Assembly (NCBI RefSeq): GCF_009914755.1
Contig: NC_060928.1
From: the human T2T-CHM13v2.0 reference genome, Homo sapiens
Direction: 5' to 3' (one strand)
DNA length: 64,000 nt
Shown in pieces: positions 54,501 to 64,000 of the stretch (position 1 is the stretch's first letter; the number at the start of each line of letters is the position of its first letter). A model generated the notes under the pieces. That model had not been told where the DNA came from. It ran no database searches and was given only the letters and a program-made list of their open reading frames with translations. The position numbers and the translations under genes are program-made.

Positions 54501-55903
54501 CCCTTAAGTGGTGACAAGAAGGTGGGGTCACCCTTCTTATCTTTCTGCATCCAAGGTGGTTGAGTAACAGCTGCAATGGCAGAAAGGAAATGAGTCCACT
54601 TGAAGAACAGGAATTTCTGAACATGACAGGAAGGAGAATGGCCTCAGAGGCAGCCTGCTTCCTGAAAAAGTTTTCTGGACTTCCAAGCAGAACCCAGAGA
54701 TATTAATAAACAGAAAGGGAAAACAAAATTATGGTAATTTTACTAATGTGAGAAAAATAACATAAATTATTTACTAAATAATTTGGTAACCACAGACTTT
54801 CTAAGCAGTGACTCAGAAGGTTCTTGCTGGAAGGTGCACCTTGAAACACCGATACTGGAGTGAATGACAGGCACAGAGGTTCTGATGACTCATCCACTTG
54901 TTTCACTTACATGTCCTCTGGAAGCTCTGGGGCCATTCTAATGGCAGTCTTAGTTCTAAGGCAATTTCAAGAGAACAAAAATAAAATTATTTTTTCATTG
55001 AAAGCTATATAATGTGTTACAGGTTAACACAGAAATCACATAATATCAAATGTGTGCATAGACCAGGAAGCAAATGTAAATGTTATAAGTAAATGAAAAT
55101 GCATGAATGTATAGACAAGAATGGTGGAGTTCGTGGCAAATTAGGATACAGTAATTATTCAGTTGACTGCTCTCATGTGGGACCAGAAGTCAAATTTTCT
55201 TCAAATTTTCAAGAGCCTAGAAATGTGGGTTTTTATGTGGAAATGCCCAATATTTAAATGTTGGCAACCAGTTTACTTTAGTCAACATCTGTGTACATGA
55301 AACAAAGTATGTTTTCTGTCTAATGGTAGCTGATTGGACACAAATTTTCAACCACTGATGGAGGACTTTATTTACCTGTTCTTTTCACAAGCATTTGCTG
55401 AGAAGCTGCTGTTATTGGTGGATACAAGTGAAACAAAACTACATATGGCATGATTGATTCCCACCTAGTAGGGAATGTGAACAGCTCTACATATGGTGTC
55501 ATGCTTTGTGTTTGTAAAGGATAGTTCTGAGGCAAAATGGGAAGAAACAAATACCTCTGCAATGACAAGACTCTAAATACCCCATGAGGAGAGTGACATT
55601 TGTAGTAAATCCAGCTTGGGGATGAAAGAGTGTGCAAGATGTTAGAAGTCTGCTGAACTTGTATTTGGTTTATTATAAAGTATACAAATGACTAAACTGT
55701 CCTAATCTACTGTTGTTGTGAGAGTGGACTGCTTATCTGCCATTTTTCATTATGATCTATGATCCATGGTAGTCACTAACTACAACTTCTTATTAACAGT
55801 TTTACTGAAATATAATTTGCATAGGATACAATTAACTTATTTAAAGTGTATTATTCAACATATTTTAGAATATGTACAGGGCTACACAACAATTACCACA
55901 ATA

Positions 55904-56039
55904 CAGACAGTCCTCAACTTAGGATTGTTCCACTGATCATTTTTCAACTTTATGATGGGTTTGTCAGGGTATTAAATGTGCTTTTGACTTATGATGGATT
56001 TATTGCAATGTAACTCGATCATAAGTCGAGGAACATCTG
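55904..56039 (-). mobile_element. Tigger5/MER47-type MITE, internally deleted (136 bp)
   Basis: Inverted termini CAGACAGTCCTCAACTTA / TAAGTCGAGGAACATCTG, flanked by TA on both sides. Confidence 0.8.
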
Positions 56040-56999
56040 TATAAATTATAAGACACTTTTCCCCTGTAAAATAAATCTCATATCCATTAACAATCATCTC
56101 CCACTTTCTCCTCCCACTCATCCTTAGGTAACCACTAATCTATTTTCTGTCTCTATTGATTTGCCAATTCTGGAATAATAGATGCCACAGAATTTGCCAT
56201 TCTGTGGAATTCAATTCCACAGAAATGGAATAATATAATATTCGAGTCTTTTGTGACTGCTTTTACTTAGCATAATCTTTCCAAGGTTCATTCATTTCCC
56301 AACATGTTTTACCAAATAATTTCTTCTTATGGCCAAATAATATCCCACTAAATAGATACGCCACATTTTATAAGTTCATTCATCAACTGATGAACATTTG
56401 CATTGTTCACACTCTTTGATTATTATGAATAATTCTCCTATGAACAGTGTGTACAAGTTTTTGTGGATATCTGTTTTCCATTCTCTTGAATATATACATA
56501 GGAGAAAATTGCTGGGTCATATGATAACTCTATGTTAAATAGTTTGAGGCACTGCCAAAATATTCTTCAAAGTGGCTGCATCATTTTACATTTCCACCAA
56601 AAATATATGAGGGTTACAGTTCCTCCACAACCTTACAAAACACTTGTAATCATGTGTTTCTTTTTTATTAGAAGCAGTCAATCGGTATAAAGTGATATCT
56701 CTGTTGTTTTTACTTGAATCTTTAGCAGCGTATGATGTTAAGAAGGTTTTCATTTGCTCGTTGGCTATTTGTATGCATTCTTTGAAGAAATTAAATTTTT
56801 CTCTCCTATAATTGAATTGTCTTTTTTTGATTGAGTTGTATATATTTTTTTTACGTTTTTCTACTTAAAAGTCCTAATGAGATTTATGGTTTGTTAATAT
56901 TTTCTCCCATTCTGCTAGTTGCTTATCATTTCTTAATAGTATTGTTCGCAGAGAAGAGTCATGAAGATTTATGCCTGTTTTATCCTAATAATTTTATAG

Positions 57000-57359
<360 letters not shown>

Positions 57360-57376
57360 TGATAAATTTTATGTTA

Positions 57377-57672
57377 GGCTGGACACAGTGGCTTATGCCT
57401 GTAATCCCAGCAATTTGGAAGGTCGAAGTGGACAGATCACTTGAGCCCAGGAATGTGAGACCAGCTTGTGCAACATGGCAAAACCCTGTCTCTACGAAAA
57501 ATACAAAAATTAGCTGGTTTTGGTGGCATGTGCCTCTGGTTCCAGCTACTAGGGAGGCTGAAGTGGGAGGATCACTTGAGCCTGGGAGGTTGAGGCTGCA
57601 GCCAGCTGTGATCACACTGCTGCACTCCAGCCTGGGTGACAAAGCGAGACCCTGTCTCTAAATAAATACATC
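57377..57672 (+). mobile_element. AluJ
   Basis: GATCACTTGAGCCCAGG and GGAGGATCACTTGAGCCTGGGAGGTTGAGGCTGCA. TSD AATTTTA(T/A)GTTA (57365, 57673). Confidence 0.95.
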
Positions 57673-58221
57673 AATTTTAAGTTAATTTTTGTGAATGGTG
57701 TGAGGTCGGGGTCTGACTTCATTCTTTTGTGTTTGTCCTAGCACCATCTATTGAAAAGTCTCTTATTTCTCCATTAAATTTTTTGGCACCTTCATTGAAA
57801 ATCAGTCGAGCATAAATGTAAGTAACTATTTCTGTATTCTCAATTCCATTCCATTGATCTGTGTGTTTATACTAATGCCAGCACTACACTGTCTAGATTA
57901 CTGTACTTTTGTATTGTTTATCAATCAGAAAGTTGGAAGCGAGTTTTCCAACTTTTTTCTTTAACTTTGTTCTTTGTTTTGGCTATTTGTGGTACTTTGG
58001 AATTTCTTAAAAATTTTAGGAAAAATTTGTCAATTTGTAAAGAATAAAGGCAGCAAGAATTGTGTTGCATGTGTAGACCAATTTGGGAGTGTTGCCATCT
58101 TAACAATATTAAGTCTTTTATTCCATGACAATGTGATGTGATTCTATTTATGTAGGTCTTTATTTTCTCCCAATGATATTTTGTTGTTTTTATACAAAAA
58201 TTTTACATCTATTGGTAATTT

Positions 58222-58552
58222 TGCCAGGTGTAGTGGCTCATGCCTGTAATCCCAGAACTTGGAGAGGCTGAGGTAGGAGGATCACTTGAGCAGGGTCAGT
58301 TTGAGACCAGCCTAGGCAACATAGTGAGACTCTGTCTCTACAAAAAAAAAAAAAAAAAAAAAGAAAAGAAAAAGAAAAAATTAATTAATTAGCTGAACAT
58401 GGTGGCACGTACTGGTAGTCTGACATACTCAGGGCATGGAGGTGGGAGAATCACTTGAGCCCAGGCAGTCACAACTGCAGTAAGCCATGATTGTGCCACC
58501 ACACTCCAGCCTGGGTGATAGAGCGACACCCTGTTTAAAAAAAAAAAAAAAA
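58222..58552 (+). mobile_element. AluJ (Jo-like) with an expanded middle A-tract
   Basis: GGAGGATCACTTGAG, GGCAACATAGTGAGAC, about 40-nt central A-rich run. Confidence 0.93.
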
Positions 58553-59645
58553 CTATTATTATTAATTAAATTTGTGCCTGAATATTTTATTTTGTAATGC
58601 CACTGTAAATTGAATTATTTTATTAGTTTTATATCAAAATGCTCATTTTTCATGTGTAAAATTCAATTAATATTTGCATTTTGATCTTATATCCTGAAAC
58701 TTTGCTGAATGAGTTTATTGGTTCTATTTTTTTTCCAGTGGATTTCTGAGAACTTTCTATATACAAAATTATGCCATTTTTAAAAAAGATAATTTTACTT
58801 CTTTCTCTTCAATGTGGGTAACTTACATTTCATTTTATTGACTAATGGCCCTGGTTATAAACCCCAGTATTATGATGACTCAAAGTGATAGAAGCAGACA
58901 TATTTGCTTGGTCTTGGACCTAATCTTAAGGGGAAAGCATTCATTCTTTCACCATTAAGTATGATATTATCAGAATTTTTTGTAGATACCTTTTAGAAGG
59001 TTAAGGGAATTCCCTTCTATTTCTAGTTTGTTGAGTGTTTTTATCATGAAAGGGCATCACATTTTTCAATTTTTTTCTATACCTGTTGAAATGACCCTTT
59101 TTTTGTACTTTATTCTATTAATATTGTAAATTATATTCATTAATTTGCAGATGTTAAATCAAACTTGCATTCCTAGAATAAGTTCTACTTGGTCATGACT
59201 TAACCTCTTTATTTATTTATTTACTTTTGATGTTATTGAATTCGGTTGCTGAGTATTTTTTTGAGGATATTTGTACCTATGCCCGTAAGGAATGTTGGCA
59301 GGCGGTTTTCTTGTGATACTATTTTCTGTTGTGTTTTTTAGGATAATATTGGCCTCATAGAATGAGTTGAGAAGTACTTCTTCCTCTTCTATTTCATGGA
59401 AGAGTTTCTGAAGAATTAGTTTTACATCTTTTTTTGGTGGAAGTGAAGTGACACACTCTGGGCCTAGGGTTTCCTTGTAATGGAAAGTTTATAGAATTAC
59501 TAATTCAATTTGTCCACTCATATGGTGTATTATAATCTTGTATTTATTCTTGAATAAGTTTAGCAATTTGTGTCTTTCTAGGAATTGTCCATTTCATCTA
59601 AGTTCCCTAATTTGTTGATTCAATTTTTATATAGGACTCTAATAA

Positions 59646-60228
59646 TTATTTTTATTTTTAAAAAAACTATAGATTCGAGGGTACATATGCAGGTTTGTTA
59701 CATGGATATATTGCATAATGGTGTGGTTTGGGCTTCTATTGTACTCATCACCCTAACAATGAATATTGTACCCTATAGCTAATTTTTCAACCCACACTCC
59801 CTTCCTGCTGTCCCCCTTTTGGAGCCCCCAGTGTCTATTATTTCCGTTTTTGTGTCCATGTGTACCAATTGCTTAGCTCCCACTTATAAGTTAGAAAACG
59901 TGGTATTTGATTTTCTGAGTTATTTCACTTAGGATAATCACCTCCAGATCTATCTATGTTGCTGCAAAGGGCATGATTTCATTCTATTTTTATGGCTGCG
60001 AAGTGTTCCGTGGTATATGTATACCATATTTTCTTTATCCAGTCATCCACTGATGGATATTTAGGTCGATTTCATGACTTGGCTATTGTGAGTAGTGCTG
60101 CAATAAACATATGAGTACAGGTGTCTTCTTTACACAGTGATTTCTTTCCCTTTGGGTAGATACCTAGTTGTGGGATTGCTTAGACAAATGGTAGTTCCAT
60201 TTTTAGTTACTTGAGAAATCTCTATACT
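59646..60228 (-). mobile_element. L1PA16/17-like 3' end
   Basis: GGTACATATGCAGGTTTGTTACATGGATATATTGCATAATGGTG..TTTGGAGCCCCCAGTGTCTATT..TTAGCTCCCACTTATAAG. Confidence 0.9.
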
Positions 60229-61317
60229 AGCTCAGTAATAATGGCCCCCTTTCACTGCTGATTTTATTCATTTTCCCAATGCCATAAACTCCCGGTTTTC
60301 TTACCATGATTTATTAGATTGTCTTGATTGAATATTTTGCCATTTGCTATGCGCCCTTTGGACAAGGTCAGAGATTTTAAGTGATATTTTAAAATATTTT
60401 TTACTATTTAAGTTTTTGCTTTGCTGGGGAGAGCATCTGCCAAATTTCTTAATTTACCATTTCTGAAAGTCTCTCAATCGCTACAAGTGTTCTGAAAAAT
60501 TTCTGAGAATCTGAGGAAACGTCTGAATATTTTCCCCAGAGAAAGTATAATCACAAAAAGAAATTTTATCCAAACTCAGGTGAAATCTTTAGTCTTTCTG
60601 AATTCTAGGAACACAAGGTTAAGAATCCTTTTAGACCTCTAAAATTCTATTTTAATAAAAAGTTTACAGAAAGGGAAGAGTGTGGGTTTGCAGATTGTTG
60701 TAGATTGCAAATTTGTGTGTAACAGATTTGTACCAGATTTCAGCTAATCATTTATGAGGCTAAATGGGGATTTGGAGAGTCTATATCTGGCTTGTCATCA
60801 GTAAGGAAGAGTTGGGGAGTGATCTCTGAGTCTTGCCTAAGTTGTTTGGAGAAGTGTAGTTCTTTGCAGTAAATCCTTTCCTAAGACACAAGAGGGTGGG
60901 GAGGTATCTTAAGCTTTGCTGTTTTCCAGGAGCACGGGTCTCAGGAAAATTAAACATAGCCACCACAGAACAGCTAAGATGTTCAGTGGCATCATCTCTG
61001 TCCCTATCTGAGTCTCTTGACTGCATCGCACATCTACACTTAGTTTTTTTAAAGAAAGAGTTCAGTGGGAGGCAGGAAAGCCACCCACCCAAACCCTCTG
61101 AGCTCTGCATCCCAGAAATAATAACTCCTAATCTAATTTTCTTCCAGATGTGACTGAGCCCCTTTTACCAGTGGGCAGGGTTGCTGTACCTTAACAATTC
61201 CTGATTGCTCTCTCTTTTCAATGGGTATGTTCTGATCCCTTTGGCTTTTGGTCAATAAAGCCTAAAATATTTACTACCAGTATTATTAAGTCAAAATTAT
61301 CTACCGTTTCTCTAGAA

Positions 61318-61502
61318 CAGTGGTTCTCAAACAAAAGCATGTGTCAGAATGACCCAAAAACGTTAAAACTGAGAATGCCGAGCTGCACTTCCAGAGATTC
61401 TGGTTGAGTAGGCTTTACTTGTGACTAAATATTTGCATTTCCATCAAATTCCCAGGAAATGCTGATACTGTTAGTCCATGGACCACACTTCAAGAAGCAT
61501 TA
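61318..61502. mobile_element. MER5A (hAT-Charlie), full length
   Basis: CAGTGGTTCTCAAA..CAGAGATTCTG..TGCATTT..TTCCCAGG..GGACCACACTT. TSD-like CTCTAGAA / GTCTGGAT. Confidence 0.85.
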
Positions 61503-62299
61503 GTCTGGATCTTCAATGTTCCTCACTTACTACCTTCCACCACCTTGGAGTATCTGTTCTCTTTAAATAAAAGTTTTTAAAATTATTTTTTGAAAAAGAA
61601 AAAGAAAATGTGTTGCCCAGTTGGTAAGAACATTCTACCATTCTGAGATGTGAAAGGGTAGAATGCTGTCTGGAAGTAGGGAGGTAAAACTCAGACAGAC
61701 AATTTAGAGAATAGCCTAAAAGATACCTAATTGTTCACCACTCATTATTAACAAGTGTTAACATTTTATCATGGTCTTTTCATAGTTTTAAAATGTTAGC
61801 TGTAATAATACTGTTGATCTCTTTAACAAATGCTGCTTCCATCTCATATATTTTCCTAGTCTCATTGCTCTTCCTATCACTTTTATTTACCATGATAGGC
61901 AGCAGTATCATTGATCTGTTATGTGTCCACCCTGTCCATGGTTTTTGTTACTACAACATAGTATGTGTACACACACAATATATAACCTTAATATTTATAA
62001 TATGGCATCACATTTTATTCAACGTTTTGTTTTTTCACTCAGTATTGTATATTTTATATCTTTCCATCCTGATACAAGTTTAATTATTTTGTTTACTGTA
62101 AATATATATATTATTCTCTCATATGAATATCCCTCATTTATTTAATCATACCCCTATTGATGGACATTTAGATTTTGTTTATAATTCATTGCTTTTATAA
62201 AAATGCTGCAATGAAACTTTTTGTAAGTCATGTTATGCATGTGAGCATGAGTTTCTTTCTTGAGTATGTATGTGGAAGTGGAAAAGTGAAATTGATAAA

Positions 62300-62874
62300 T
62301 GTATTAATCAAGGTTATCTACAGAAACAGAACCAATAGGACATATATCGATGCTTAGAAAAAGATTTATTATGGGGCATTGGCTCACTCAATTTTGAAGG
62401 CTGAGAAATTCCATGTTCTGTCCTCTGTAAACTAGAGACCCACTAAAGCTGGTGGTATAGTTCCAGTCCGAACCTGAAGACTTGAGAACCAAGGGAGCCA
62501 ATGGTGTAGTCCCAATCCAAGTTTGAAGGTCCCCAAACTAGGTACCACTGATGTGAGTCCTGGCTCGAGTTCAAGGCCAAGGATCAGGAGCACTGATGTC
62601 CAAGGGCAGGAGAGGATGGATGACCCAGCTCAAAAAGAGGGAGAAATTTGCCCTTTCTCTGAGCTTTTGTTCTTTCTCTGAGTTTTTAGTCTGACCTCAA
62701 TAGATACAATGAGGTCCATCCACAAGGGTGAGGGCAGAGTTTCGTGGCTGTGTCCACTGGTTCATTTGCTAATCTCTTCCAGAACACCCTTACAGACACA
62801 CCCAGAAATAATGTTGAACTAGCTGTATGGGCATCCCAAAGCCTAATCAAGTTCATACATAAAATTAACCATCA
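62300..62874 (-). mobile_element. ERVL solo LTR, MLT2B-like, inserted in an old L1ME relic (about 61780-63000)
   Basis: TGTATTAATCAAGG..CAGAAACAGAACCAATAGGA..GCTAATCTCTTCCAGAACACCCTTACAGACACACCCAGAAATAATG..AAAATTAACCATCA. Confidence 0.88.
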
Positions 62875-63033
62875 GAGTAAAGATTGTACATTTTCAAGTT
62901 TACTTACTAAATATCACCAGATCATTCTCAAAAGTGGTTGTATCAATTTGCACTCTGAATGAGAATGTCCCTTTCCACACACCTTTACCTGCACCTGGAA
63001 TTTCAGGACTCACTTCTTAAAACATAATGCTTT

Positions 63034-63168
63034 TAATTTTTTGTGTTTTTAGTAGAGACGGGGTTTCACCTTGTTAGCCAGGATGGTCTGGATCTCCTGA
63101 CCTCGTGATCTGCCCGCCTAGGCCTCCCAAAGTGCTGGGATAACAGGCGTGAGCCACCGTGCCCGGCC
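63034..63168 (-). mobile_element. AluY-type left monomer only
   Basis: Antisense left arm from the central A-rich linker to GCCCGGCC. No right arm. Confidence 0.93.
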
Positions 63169-63246
63169 CCTCATAAGGCTTGCTTTCATAAATATCTGAT
63201 GCCATCAAAACCAGTTTTCTTCGTTGACATCTTAAGATCAAATTTC

Positions 63247-63759
63247 TCAGGACAAGATAATCTTCAAATGAAAAAAATAACTTTTTGAATAAGAATTTTT
63301 AAAAAAATCAGAGGAGCCAAGATGGCCGAATAAGAACAGCTCTGGTCTACAGCTCCTAGTGTGAGTGATGCAGAAGACGGGTGACTTCTGCATTTCCATC
63401 TGAGGTACCGGGTTCATCTCACTAGGGAGTGCCAGACAGTGGGCGCAGGACAATGGGTGCAGTGCACTGTGTGTGAGCTGAAGCAGGGCAAGGCATTGCC
63501 TCACTTGGGAAGCACAAGGGGTCAGGGAGTTCCCTTTCCTAGTCAAAGAAAGGGGTGACAGACGGCACCTGGAAAATTGGGTCACTCCCACCCAAATACT
63601 GCACTTTTCCGACGGGCTTAAAAAATGGTGCACCAGGAGATTATATCCCGCACCTGGTTCAGAGGGTCCTCCGCCCATGGAATCTCACTGATTGCTAGCA
63701 CAGCAGTCTGAGATCAAACTGCAAGGCAGCAGCAAGGCTGGGGGAGGGGCGCCCGCCAT
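63247..63759 (-). pseudogene. L1 ORF0 (antisense), interrupted
   Basis: ATG at 63759 gives MAGAPPPALLLPCSLISDCCASNQ, then TGA (63685-63687). The same frame reopens at ATG 63678 (MGGGPSEPGAGYNLLV...). Confidence 0.75.
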
Positions 63760-64000
63760 TGCCGAGGCTTGCTTAGGTAAACAAAGCAGCTGGGAAGCTC
63801 GAACTGGGTGGAGCCCACCAAAGCTCAAGGAGGCCTGCCTGCCTCTCTAGGCTCCACCTCTGGGGACAGGGCACAGACAAACAAAAAGACAGCAGTAACC
63901 TCTGCAGACTTAAATGTCCCTGTCTGACAGCTTTGAAGAGAGCAGTGGTTCTCCCAGCACACAGCTGGAGATCTGAGAACTGGCAGACTGCCTCCTCAAG
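63311..64000 (+). mobile_element. L1PA3-like 5' UTR (start of a possibly full-length L1; runs off the window)
   Basis: GAGGAGCCAAGATGGCCGAATAAGAACAGCTC..., with CAGGACAATGGGTGCAGTGCAC and TTCCTAGTCAAAGAAAGGGG variants. Preceded by a TTTTT/AAAA endonuclease-type site. Confidence 0.96.
63319..63328 (+). promoter_or_regulatory. YY1 site of the L1 internal promoter
   Basis: AAGATGGCCG intact near the start of the L1 5' UTR. Confidence 0.85.

Overview
Human genomic DNA, gene-poor and rich in interspersed repeats. The human assignment rests on an intact AluYb8 insertion, a human-specific subfamily. I see no recognisable host protein-coding gene, tRNA, rRNA or CRISPR array. Almost all listed ORFs are chance frames or Alu/L1/LTR by-products; the only identifiable protein remnants are L1 ORF2 fragments (about 4960-7230, minus) and a disrupted L1 ORF0 (63247-63759, minus). 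The window holds 13 near-full-length Alus plus two partial ones, several L1 pieces (including the 5' UTR of a probable L1PA3 running off the right edge), many MaLR/ERVL solo LTRs, hAT and mariner/Tigger MITEs, and MIR/L2 relics. Structures not explained by the repeat annotation are: three micro inverted-triplication palindromes (12104, 15363, 56185), a target site present three times after an Alu and an L1 inserted at the same position, a MADE1/miR-548-like hairpin, a CTCF-like motif fused to a (CA)n tract, a CpG-retaining motif-dense island at about 20.4-20.9 kb, a SOX-motif cluster built by duplication, closely spaced inverted Alus, and a candidate 195-nt exon. Subfamily names come from remembered consensus diagnostics, and boundaries of old repeats are approximate. 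I found no convincing new biological system.
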